The position numbers and the translations under genes are program-made. The notes beneath the pieces are model-generated. The model saw only the letters and a list, made by a program, of their open reading frames with translations. It made no database searches and was not told where the DNA came from. From positions 1 through 21,155 of IMG/VR virus record IMGVR_UViG_3300020048_000033: a stretch of 21,155 nt of DNA; one strand, given 5' to 3'. Shown here one piece after another: positions 8,946 through 17,169 of this stretch; positions within the stretch are counted from its first letter, which is position 1, and every line of letters begins with the position of its first letter. This stretch comes from a virus. Its lineage: Duplodnaviria; Heunggongvirae; Uroviricota; Caudoviricetes.

Positions 8946-9338
8946 ATGAGTGGAAGACGAACATCCTCGGATGTAGAATGGAAAGAATTAAAAGATAGAG
9001 TCAGATCACGAGATAAAAATGTTTGCAGATTGGTAAGAGTTATATCAATAAAAGATATGTTGATTTTGAAAAAAAACGCCCCATCTTATATGTTGAGTAA
9101 CTTAGACCCTGCACACATTTTACCCGTAGGGGCACACCCTGCTTACTGTTATTTAGATGATAATGTAGTAATGCTAAATCATTATTCTCATTCCAACTTA
9201 GATGATATGAAAAGCCCTATTGATGGACATTCAATATCTAGAGAGGAGAGAGATAACTGGTGGAAATTAATTGTCGGAGAAAAACAGCTACAAAACTTAA
9301 AAGTAGCTATAGCAAACTTGAGCAACAAAGAGGAATAA
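8946..9338 (+). CDS. HNH endonuclease-like protein
   Basis: WKELKDRVRSRDKNVC...LDPAHILP...DNVVMLNHYSH follows the W...RD..C / H / N...H pattern; most Zn-binding Cys are absent. Confidence 0.6.
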   Translation: MSGRRTSSDVEWKELKDRVRSRDKNVCRLVRVISIKDMLILKKNAPSYMLSNLDPAHILPVGAHPAYCYLDDNVVMLNHYSHSNLDDMKSPIDGHSISREERDNWWKLIVGEKQLQNLKVAIANLSNKEE

Positions 9339-9342
9339 CAGT

Positions 9343-9747
9343 ATGGAAGAAGTAACTCGGGAAAAAATAAAACTAAAGCCTATCGAAAAATCATTTATTG
9401 TTTTGGGTGTAGCCGTATTTGTAACTATTTTAGCTATGATTACAGGAATACTTGTTATTGAAGTAACACCTTATTCACTTATTGCTATGGGACTATTAAT
9501 GATATTTATTCTTATCTCATATTTTATCTTTGGACGATACATCATAGATGTACAGAGTAATTCTAATTTAGCAGATTTACAAGCTAATGTAGCTATTACT
9601 CAAGCAACTATAATGACTTCGGATGAAAAGGGTGGAACATCAAACATTGGTTTTAGAATGACCGATGAAGATTCTACTGATGACGATACAGAAGAAAAAC
9701 TAAGAAAGAAAGTAAGAGGTAAGAATCTTTTTACCAAACGCTACTAA
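9343..9747 (+). CDS. Hypothetical membrane protein (2 TM helices, charged C-terminus)
   Basis: SD GAGGA; two hydrophobic segments at about aa 18-63. Confidence 0.75.
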   Translation: MEEVTREKIKLKPIEKSFIVLGVAVFVTILAMITGILVIEVTPYSLIAMGLLMIFILISYFIFGRYIIDVQSNSNLADLQANVAITQATIMTSDEKGGTSNIGFRMTDEDSTDDDTEEKLRKKVRGKNLFTKRY

Positions 9748-9798
9748 TTAAAAGCTAAGTATATTAAGTGTAGGCATCGACCACACGAAAGGAAATGT

Positions 9799-12700
9799 AT
9801 GTACATAATTAAAAAGAACTCTGATGTAGTTCCGTTTGAATCGGATCACATTAAGAAGTCTATCGTTCGGGCGGCAAAAGCTGTTCTTGGTTCTGATTTA
9901 GAGAAAAAGATTGACATTGAATCAATCACTCAGTCAGTTGTTGAAAAGATTGAAGCACTAAATATCGAGAAAATCGGTATTGAAAAGATTCAAGATATTG
10001 TAGAGATTGCTTTGATGGAACATCATCAATATGACGTAGCAAAATCTTTTATCCTATATCGAAAAGCCCGTACAGATGAAAGAGAATCTAAAAATGATCT
10101 TATTTCTTATACAGAAGTAATGAATGGATATCTCGACCAGACTGATTGGCGCACAAAAGAAAACTCCAATGTAAACTATTCTCTCGGAGGTTCTATCCTT
10201 CATAACAATAGTGCTATTACTGCAAACTATTGGCTAAAGAAAGTTTATTCACCACAGATTGCCGATGCTCATAAAAATGCAGATTTTCATTTACATGATT
10301 TAGGTATCTTCGCTTCATATTGTGCAGGATGGTCATTACGAGAACTTCTTACTCAAGGTATCACTGGTGTATCAGATAAAGTAAGTTCCGCTCCCTCAAA
10401 ACATTTGAATACCTTGTGTCAACAAATTGTAAACTTTTTAGGTATCATGCAAAATGAATGGGCAGGTGCTCAGGCATTTAGCTCCGTAGATACTTACCTT
10501 GCACCTTTTATTAAAATTGATAGCCTTTCATATGAGCAGGTTTATCAGTGTGTTCAAACTCTTATCTATGGAATTAATACTCCTTCACGTTGGGGGTGTC
10601 AGTCCCCTTTCAGTAATTTTACATTAGACTGGACTGTTCCTTCCGATATGAAAGATAAGAAAGCAATTGTTGGTGGTAAAGAACAAGACTTCACTTATGG
10701 TGATTGTCAAGTAGAAATGGATATGTTCAATAAAGCATTTTTTGAGATGTTCTCCAACGGAGATAATCAAGGAAGAAGTTTTCAATACCCCATTCCTACA
10801 GTAAATATTACCCCAGAGTTTTGGAATCATAATCCAGAGAATCAGGAAATACTTTTTAAGCTTACCTCCAAGTTTGGAACACCTTATTTCCAAAACTTTA
10901 TTAATTCTGACATCGATCCATCGGATGTAAGATCGATGGCTTTGATGCCATCTCAAAGGGTTATCTATAAGAACAGAGATGGTAGAGTTTCTGTAAATGA
11001 AATTAGACATCTTGTAAACGAATGGTTTTTACAAGAAGATAAGAGTAAACCCTTATATGAAATGCTTATTGATGGAAGGTTTGTTCCTGTAACAGAAATG
11101 TTTAAAATCCCTTATAAAAAATATGGTAAATCAGTTAGTATTATGTTGTCAAATGGGTATGTACAGCCTTTTTCTATGGATCATAAATGTCAAGTATTAA
11201 GAGCGGGTGTTATTCAAACCATTCTAAGTCAAGAAGTTTTAGAATCTGATAGCTTTATTCTTTCTAAAAAACCTTTTGGAATTAATAATGGGGTAGGTAC
11301 ATATGATACAGGAAAAATTGTAGGATATTTTCTTGCGGAGGGTTGGTATAGTTCTCATTCAGCGAATGAGATTGTGTTTGCTATAAATATAAATCAAGAA
11401 CCTATTGTTTCAGAAATTAAAAACTTTTTCATGTCAATAGGGTGTAATGTCATAATTAAAAAACAGGAAGAAGTTAATATTTTTAGAGTCCAAGTTTATG
11501 GGAAACAAGCTGTAGGATTGGTTTCCAATTATATTCATGGAAATACGGCACTAACGAAGAGGCTTTCTTCTAATATGTGGAATAGTGATGATAGTTTTAG
11601 AGAGGGTGTCTATTCAGGATATTATGATACTGATGGTTGTAGGAAAGAAAAAAACTTTGCACATACCCCTAATAAGGATTTAATTCAGGATTTTATAATC
11701 CTTTCTTCCTCTTTAGGAAAAATATTAAAATATAGTGTAAACAAAAATAACACAAGATACTTTAAGGAAGATAAATCCGATCTCGAAGTATTTACAAGTT
11801 ACAAATTAGATGAATATTCATCTGATGAAACCTCTGAATATTTTATTGTTCCTGTCAAAGAGGTGAAGGTTGTTTCTTCTCGGGCAGAGTTTGTATACAA
11901 TTTTACGGTTGATACTCCTGAGCATCTTTTCGAGTTACCTAACGGTATTATTACCCACCAATGTTGTCGCCTTCGTTTGGACAAGAGGGAACTTCGTAAA
12001 AGGGGTGGTGGACTTTTCGGTTCAGCAGAACTTACAGGCTCAGTTGGTGTTGTAACATTGAACCTACCCAGAATTGGATATCTTGCAAATGATGAAGAAG
12101 ACTTCTATCAGAGACTTAATAGCCTTATGGATATCGCAAAGGATTCTTTAGAGATTAAACGAAAAGTTTTAATCAAAAACCTACAAGAGGGTTTGTACCC
12201 ATATACAAGAGCTTATATTTCTTCCTTCGACAATTTCTTTAGTACAATTGGTATTGTAGGTCTTAATGAAGCAATACAAAACTTGTTCGGTAAAGAAATA
12301 AATATCGGAACAGAAAAAGGTAAGGGTTTTGCTATTGAAGTTCTTAATCATATGAGAACCCATATATCAAACTATCAAGTTGAAACTGGAAACCTTTATA
12401 ACCTTGAAAGTACCCCTGCTGAAAGTACTTGCTATAGACTGGCACTCCATGATCAGAAAAAATATCCTGACATTATTACCGCAGGTAGCAATGGAGACCC
12501 CTACTATACAAATAGTTCAAACCTTCCAGTAGGTTTTACAGATGACCCTTGGGTAGCTATTGAACATCAAGAACCTCTGCAACTCAAGTACACTGGCGGG
12601 ACTGTATTTCATGCTTTCTTAGGTCAGCAAGTAGATAATGGTGAAGCAACCAGAAACTTTATTAAAAAAGTTTTTGAAAATAGTAAAATACCGTATCTTA

Positions 12701-12852
12701 CTATCTCACCTGTATATTCTATCTGTTCTGTACATGGATACCTTGCAGGTAGCCAAGAACGTTGCCCGAAGTGCAGGGATGAACAGGTAAAGGCTTACAA
12801 GAAGAAACTTAATGATCTTAAAAAACAAAAATCCGAATTAGAACTAATCTAA
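9799..12852 (+). CDS. nrdD: Anaerobic (class III) ribonucleoside-triphosphate reductase with ATP-cone, intein-containing, lacking the C-terminal glycyl-radical loop
   Basis: ATP-cone MYIIKKNSDVVPFESDHIKKSI; YCAGWSL, QNEWAGAQAFS, QSPFSN, RSM|CCRLRLD (split by the intein), YNLESTPAES, YTGGTVFH, CSVHG...CPKC. Confidence 0.95.
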   Translation: MYIIKKNSDVVPFESDHIKKSIVRAAKAVLGSDLEKKIDIESITQSVVEKIEALNIEKIGIEKIQDIVEIALMEHHQYDVAKSFILYRKARTDERESKNDLISYTEVMNGYLDQTDWRTKENSNVNYSLGGSILHNNSAITANYWLKKVYSPQIADAHKNADFHLHDLGIFASYCAGWSLRELLTQGITGVSDKVSSAPSKHLNTLCQQIVNFLGIMQNEWAGAQAFSSVDTYLAPFIKIDSLSYEQVYQCVQTLIYGINTPSRWGCQSPFSNFTLDWTVPSDMKDKKAIVGGKEQDFTYGDCQVEMDMFNKAFFEMFSNGDNQGRSFQYPIPTVNITPEFWNHNPENQEILFKLTSKFGTPYFQNFINSDIDPSDVRSMALMPSQRVIYKNRDGRVSVNEIRHLVNEWFLQEDKSKPLYEMLIDGRFVPVTEMFKIPYKKYGKSVSIMLSNGYVQPFSMDHKCQVLRAGVIQTILSQEVLESDSFILSKKPFGINNGVGTYDTGKIVGYFLAEGWYSSHSANEIVFAININQEPIVSEIKNFFMSIGCNVIIKKQEEVNIFRVQVYGKQAVGLVSNYIHGNTALTKRLSSNMWNSDDSFREGVYSGYYDTDGCRKEKNFAHTPNKDLIQDFIILSSSLGKILKYSVNKNNTRYFKEDKSDLEVFTSYKLDEYSSDETSEYFIVPVKEVKVVSSRAEFVYNFTVDTPEHLFELPNGIITHQCCRLRLDKRELRKRGGGLFGSAELTGSVGVVTLNLPRIGYLANDEEDFYQRLNSLMDIAKDSLEIKRKVLIKNLQEGLYPYTRAYISSFDNFFSTIGIVGLNEAIQNLFGKEINIGTEKGKGFAIEVLNHMRTHISNYQVETGNLYNLESTPAESTCYRLALHDQKKYPDIITAGSNGDPYYTNSSNLPVGFTDDPWVAIEHQEPLQLKYTGGTVFHAFLGQQVDNGEATRNFIKKVFENSKIPYLTISPVYSICSVHGYLAGSQERCPKCRDEQVKAYKKKLNDLKKQKSELELI
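10939..11961 (+). mobile_element. Intein (341 aa) with LAGLIDADG homing endonuclease; Ala1 and C-terminal His-Gln
   Basis: Removing it restores DVRSM-CCRLRLD. Block A ALMPSQRV, block B SMDH, block C IVGYFLAEG, block E GVYSGYYDTDG, block F VYNFTV, block G NGIITHQ/C. Confidence 0.92.
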
Positions 12853-12855
12853 TGG

Positions 12856-12882
12856 AAAAGACTGCTGAAAAGCAGTCTTTTT
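12856..12882 (+). terminator. Rho-independent terminator after nrdD
   Basis: AAAAGACTGCT-GAAA-AGCAGTCTTTT(T). Confidence 0.88.
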
Positions 12883-12898
12883 ACTTTTAAACTTAAAG

Positions 12899-12906
12899 AA
12901 CTAATT
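12899..12906 (+). promoter_or_regulatory. AACTAATT motif
   Basis: Between the terminator and the SD (AAGGA) of the 12925 gene. Confidence 0.4.
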
Positions 12907-12924
12907 AAATAAGGAAAATCAATA

Positions 12925-14028
12925 ATGTATAATTTTAAGAAAATATATGAAGCGACCCATTTGCTTGAGAAGAAAGACCATCTCATAAAAAAGATTCCAG
13001 AGTTATCTGAGGATGAAAAGTCTGAAGTAATTGACTGGTTTTCAGAGCATCCTAACAGGGAAACTGAAATTGATTGGAACAATATAAATTCTCTCAAGTT
13101 CTCAGATTTTGAAGTTTTAATGAAAACCGAATCAAAGACAGGAAGAAAAAATAAAGTTAAGGTAAATGGACTTCAAGGTTTACTCGAAGGTACGGATTTT
13201 GGTTTGGCTTATGAGGATGAGAATATTATTGGTCTTGTTCCATTTCATTATGAAGCCAGTAAATTACTTGCTTCCAAGTATGTTGGAAAAGTTGAAGCAA
13301 AGTGGTGTACAGCCTTTCAGAAAACTGACAAGCACTGGAAAGAATATATCCAACATGGTATAACCTTTGTTTATTTTATAAATAAAAAGGGTTCTGTTGG
13401 AGAGGAAGTAAATACTTTTTCTTGGAATAAAATTGCAGTAACTATATATCCTAAAAATATATTTGATGGTAAACTTGAAACTTATGATGAGACAGACAAC
13501 AAAGCTATTAAAATGAAGCCAAGACCAACTTCATGGTTATATAAGAGAATTGAAAAGTCAATTATTGATATCGCTGTTGAAGAAGCCAAACTTTTGGGAC
13601 AAAAGATAAACAGAGTATTTTTCAATGAGTTAAGTTTAGAGTCTTTAAAGGATTGGAAGATTAATTTTCAACTTGATTCTGAGGGTAAAGTTAATGTTGA
13701 AGGCGATTGTGATATATCTGGTAAATTCTTAAACACCTTTGGTACTGTAGTCTTTGGAAATATTAGTGGAGACTTTGATTGTTCCTTTAATAAACTAACA
13801 GACTTAACAGGTGGACCACAAACTACTGACGGTCATTATAAGTGTAACAATAATAAATTGACAAGCTTAGAAGGAATCCCCGATAAAGTTGGTGGAGATT
13901 TTGATTGCTCTGGTAATGAATTAAATGAAATTTGGTCTCCTGATTGGGTTGGTGGAGATATTATTGATTATGATAATAATATAGACTATGGATTTGAGGA
14001 AGAAGAACCAGAAGAAGATGACGAATAA
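12925..14028 (+). CDS. Hypothetical protein with N-terminal IYE/LLE propeptide-like motif, KWCT motif and C-terminal LRR-like repeats
   Basis: FKKIYEATHLLEK; AKWCTAF; repeats GDFDCSFNKLTDLTGGP / GHYKCNNNKLTSLEGIP / GDFDCSGNEL; acidic tail. Confidence 0.75.
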   Translation: MYNFKKIYEATHLLEKKDHLIKKIPELSEDEKSEVIDWFSEHPNRETEIDWNNINSLKFSDFEVLMKTESKTGRKNKVKVNGLQGLLEGTDFGLAYEDENIIGLVPFHYEASKLLASKYVGKVEAKWCTAFQKTDKHWKEYIQHGITFVYFINKKGSVGEEVNTFSWNKIAVTIYPKNIFDGKLETYDETDNKAIKMKPRPTSWLYKRIEKSIIDIAVEEAKLLGQKINRVFFNELSLESLKDWKINFQLDSEGKVNVEGDCDISGKFLNTFGTVVFGNISGDFDCSFNKLTDLTGGPQTTDGHYKCNNNKLTSLEGIPDKVGGDFDCSGNELNEIWSPDWVGGDIIDYDNNIDYGFEEEEPEEDDE

Positions 14029-14070
14029 TATTTATAAGGGAAAAACTCAGTTTTAAGAAGGGATAAAGAA

Positions 14071-14820
14071 ATGAAATACACAACGGATAAAGAAGGAAAT
14101 TTAATATTTGATGTCTCAGCAGGATTTTCAAATTCATCACAAAGAAACAATATATACGTAGATAAGGTTTTAAAAAAGTCTACAGCTTTGGTTGCCTGTA
14201 ATGCCACGTCAATGGGTATGGGGTTGGAATATACCGGGTGGTCTATTCCACAAAAGTATCTTGAATTAAAACAACAAGAGGATAACCTTATCAAGTTTTG
14301 TCAGGAAGACTCTATTGTATTAGATTACTATAAAAAAACTCTTCCTGCAATGTATGCTGCATGGTTGGTAAGAGCAAAAGACTGCTATGCACCAAATGAA
14401 GTACACGATGTTTTAAGCTATGCAATAAATATGTATATGGGTTCAAAAGTAACCTATTTTAAGGTTAATACCCTTGTAAGTGAAATTGTTTCCGATATCT
14501 CAATTAGAAATCTCCCAATCGTAATGAGCGGAAAGTTTGCAGGTTTTGGTCATGTTGTATGTTTAGTAGGTTTCAAGGCAAAGAAAGAATTCCTTGAGGG
14601 CTATAATAAAACAAAAACTATTACAGAGGATTTACTTAAGTTTATTTATGAGTGGACTATTGATGACCCTTATGGGGATTTTAGAAATGATTATAAGATT
14701 GTATTATCGGGAAATAATATTCCTATGACCTCACTACAATTTAATACAATGTTCAATCCCAGAGAAAGCACAACCGTTAAGTTTGCACATCGGTTTAATA
14801 AACCTCCAGTGAAATCCTAA
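14071..14820 (+). CDS. Papain-like cysteine peptidase, C39-like
   Basis: SQRNN (oxyanion Gln), ACNATS (Cys), GHVVCLVG (His), IDDPYG (Asp) in the order expected for C39-like peptidases. Confidence 0.75.
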   Translation: MKYTTDKEGNLIFDVSAGFSNSSQRNNIYVDKVLKKSTALVACNATSMGMGLEYTGWSIPQKYLELKQQEDNLIKFCQEDSIVLDYYKKTLPAMYAAWLVRAKDCYAPNEVHDVLSYAINMYMGSKVTYFKVNTLVSEIVSDISIRNLPIVMSGKFAGFGHVVCLVGFKAKKEFLEGYNKTKTITEDLLKFIYEWTIDDPYGDFRNDYKIVLSGNNIPMTSLQFNTMFNPRESTTVKFAHRFNKPPVKS

Positions 14821-14824
14821 TTAA

Positions 14825-14857
14825 AAAGACTACCTTATTGGTAGTCTTTATTTTTTT
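14825..14857 (+). terminator. Rho-independent terminator
   Basis: AAAGACTACC-ttatt-GGTAGTCTTT then A and T7. Confidence 0.85.
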
Positions 14858-14920
14858 AATCCAACTAACTAAGGATAACTTCATATAGGGTGAGTTCTAT
14901 AAAGTTTTTAGGGGGGTTTT

Positions 14921-16009
14921 ATGAAAAGCTTTTTGGGGTTGAAGGGTAGTGAAAGGGATAAGTTTTATCAGTCAAAATACGAGTATTTTTTAAAGTTAAA
15001 TTTAGGGGCAATATTTTCTTCTTATATTAGCTTAGTATTACTGTGGGTAACGGATTGTCAACTTTTTGGTAGATTAGCTTTTGAAACTCTTTTTCCCCGG
15101 GTAATAATGGTACTTCCGATAAGTCTATTTTATATTCTTGTTAAGAGGGGTGTAACTAATTACAGGATAATGATACCCTTTACTTATTTTATATTACATG
15201 GAATAATGTGGTGTACAATATGGGCATGTTACTATCTACCTACTAACAAGTTTTCAAGTCAAGGTTTTATGATGATGCAGTTTATGTTTCTTATAGTAGG
15301 TTTCAGTGCCCCCTACTTTAGAAATATATTTTTCCATTTAGGTATATTTTTAAATATGTATGTATCTCACTTCTTTATTAACTATGAAGATTTCCTTATG
15401 TTGATGCTCTTTGGTATTCCCTTATATATAGGGATTGCTATCATTCAGTATGTTTTAACTAACTCTTATAAAGAACAATACGATCTTAAACAGAAACTTT
15501 CGGAGTTAGCCACAGTTGATTTTCTCACAAAAGCTTATAATAGGAATATTCTTACTACCATTACTGAACCAGAAACTAAAAAGTTTATTAAAAAATTGGG
15601 TGTATCGATTAAAATCCTTCTTTTGGACATTGATTTTTTCAAGAAAATAAACGATGATTTTGGTCATGATGCAGGAGATACCGTTCTTACTACTGTCTCT
15701 GAAACAATAAAGTCCTGTATTAGGGATACCGATATTTTCCTTAGATGGGGTGGAGAGGAGTTTGTTGTAATTATGCCAAATATTACCCTTGAATCCGCAA
15801 AAATGATTGCAGAAAGAATTCGTTCATCCGTGGAAAAAGTAGAAACCGGTCTTCGAGGGGTAACAGTATCAATCGGTATTTCTGACTATGATAATGACAA
15901 TTATCAGGAATCAATAGATAACTCCGATAAGGCTTTGTATAAAGCAAAAGAATCGGGAAGAAACCAAGTACAGTATTTTAAGGAATTAAGAAGTGTTACA
16001 AATAACTAA
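14921..16009 (+). CDS. Membrane-anchored diguanylate cyclase (GGDEF domain)
   Basis: About 5-6 N-terminal TM segments; DFLTKAYNR, LLDIDFFKKINDDFGHDAGD, I-site RDTD, RWGGEEF, VTVSIG, DKALYKAKESGRN. Confidence 0.95.
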   Translation: MKSFLGLKGSERDKFYQSKYEYFLKLNLGAIFSSYISLVLLWVTDCQLFGRLAFETLFPRVIMVLPISLFYILVKRGVTNYRIMIPFTYFILHGIMWCTIWACYYLPTNKFSSQGFMMMQFMFLIVGFSAPYFRNIFFHLGIFLNMYVSHFFINYEDFLMLMLFGIPLYIGIAIIQYVLTNSYKEQYDLKQKLSELATVDFLTKAYNRNILTTITEPETKKFIKKLGVSIKILLLDIDFFKKINDDFGHDAGDTVLTTVSETIKSCIRDTDIFLRWGGEEFVVIMPNITLESAKMIAERIRSSVEKVETGLRGVTVSIGISDYDNDNYQESIDNSDKALYKAKESGRNQVQYFKELRSVTNN

Positions 16010-16661
16010 AAGTTTTAAGAGAATATATGAGGCATCCAATAAATATCAATCTTCCTCCGAGTTTTTGAAATGGTTTGGAAATTCTGTGGTGGTGAATGAG
16101 GAAGGTAAACCCCTAGTAGTTTATCATGGAACTCGATTTAAGTCTAAAAATGATAAGCTTCGGTCAGGTTCTTGGTTCACAGATAACTCAGATTTTGCAG
16201 GGGGTTTTATTAATGGAAGAAAGTCTAATGGTACCCCGAGTGAAAGAGAGGTAAAGGATAGAAGTAGAATATATCCTGCATTTTTATCAATAAAGAATCC
16301 TATAATATATAAAGCCGCATGGCATCACATTTCACCTGAAAGGTTTGCAAATATTGTAGGTATCCCCTATGAGGACTTAAATGCAAAGGCTCTTGAGTTT
16401 GCTCGACAAGGCAATAAAAAAGAGGAAGCAGAGCATGAGAATGACTGGGTAAGAAATCCTTACGCCTCAGGTTGGAGACAAAAGGACTTTCCAATCTCTG
16501 AAATGCCAGAGAATATGTTTGCCATATATTTTGATAATAAAAATCTTATAAAGGCTCTTCAATTTTATGGTTTTGATGGGGTTCAGTCTATGGAAGGTGG
16601 ATCGAACACTTGGCAGGTTTGGGACGAATCTCAGGTAAGGTCTATATATGGAAAAGGATGA
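15993..16661 (+). CDS. ART-PolyVal-like ADP-ribosyltransferase-fold protein with N-terminal FKRIYEA motif
   Basis: FLKWFGNSVVVNEEGKPLVVYHGT, WFT, IYPAFLSIKNP, GFDGV..MEGG...WQVWDESQVRS. GTG start with SD AAGGA; overlaps the DGC stop. Confidence 0.65.
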   Translation: MLQITKSFKRIYEASNKYQSSSEFLKWFGNSVVVNEEGKPLVVYHGTRFKSKNDKLRSGSWFTDNSDFAGGFINGRKSNGTPSEREVKDRSRIYPAFLSIKNPIIYKAAWHHISPERFANIVGIPYEDLNAKALEFARQGNKKEEAEHENDWVRNPYASGWRQKDFPISEMPENMFAIYFDNKNLIKALQFYGFDGVQSMEGGSNTWQVWDESQVRSIYGKG

Positions 16662-16689
16662 CCCAGAAAAAAGTTCCGAGTCATCCTTT
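16653..16689. terminator. Hairpin between convergent genes, probable bidirectional terminator
   Basis: AAAGGATGAC (16653-16662) / GTCATCCTTT (16680-16689), 17-nt loop. Confidence 0.6.
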
Positions 16690-16694
16690 AAGTC

Positions 16695-17081
16695 TTACAG
16701 GATGGGGATAACGGTGGGATTCAGGCTGTCAAAAAAATCGTTGATGGATTTGATTGGCGTAGAATTGTTACAGGAAAAAAGGTCATTTCCCCGATTTGTC
16801 CCTTCTCTGATGACAATCTCCTGAGGACTGTGAGTGTACCCAAAATAGTACCGTTTTCCTCCGATAATGCACCATACTGAGTTTCCCGTCTTATCCATCG
16901 GGTCTGAGGTGGAAATTACGGTAATTTCTTCATTACCTTGGGCATCTTTGTCGCTGTAGATGAAGATATTCCCTATGAGAAGTGGTACAATATCCCTGAC
17001 CTCAAGGGCATGATGGTTGCTTCGTGCGATAGCTTCCACGAAATGAAGCCGAAGGTCTGCGGGGGAAAGTTTCTGAGGCAT
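16695..17081 (-). CDS. Protein resembling the integron cassette protein Cass14 (VCH_CASS14) family
   Basis: SD AGGAG. ARSNHHA..V, NSVWCIIGGKRYYFGYTH...IVIREG..RG...NSTP match the recalled Cass14 pattern RADHHA / NVLW..I.G.RY.F.YNH / NSTP. GC about 45% by hand count. Confidence 0.65.
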   Translation of the reverse strand: MPQKLSPADLRLHFVEAIARSNHHALEVRDIVPLLIGNIFIYSDKDAQGNEEITVISTSDPMDKTGNSVWCIIGGKRYYFGYTHSPQEIVIREGTNRGNDLFSCNNSTPIKSINDFFDSLNPTVIPIL

Positions 17082-17109
17082 AGGTACTCCTTAATTGTGC
17101 AATAGAATA

Positions 17110-17138
17110 AATATAACCCCTTTATATATGGAAGTCAA
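17110..17138 (-). promoter_or_regulatory. Sigma70-like promoter for the minus-strand gene
   Basis: On the - strand, TTGACT (17138-17133)-17 nt-TATATT (17115-17110). Confidence 0.6.
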
Positions 17139-17139
17139 G

Positions 17140-17158
17140 AAAACTTCTAAGAAGTTTT
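17140..17158. repeat. Perfect 9-bp palindrome between divergent promoters
   Basis: AAAACTTCT-A-AGAAGTTTT. Confidence 0.6.
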
Positions 17159-17169
17159 AAAAAGTCTCT

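Noticed and set aside
10939-11961. Class 3 intein
   Set aside because: The WCT signature is incomplete: no Trp in block B and Asn rather than Cys at block F position 4.
14071-16009. LapG/LapD-like protease-GGDEF system
   Set aside because: The peptidase is C39-like without a signal peptide, the GGDEF is intact with no EAL or HAMP domain, and a strong terminator separates the two genes.
16650-16697. attC site after the Cass14-like gene
   Set aside because: No RYYYAAC/GTTRRRY core pair; the hairpin fits a terminator between convergent genes.
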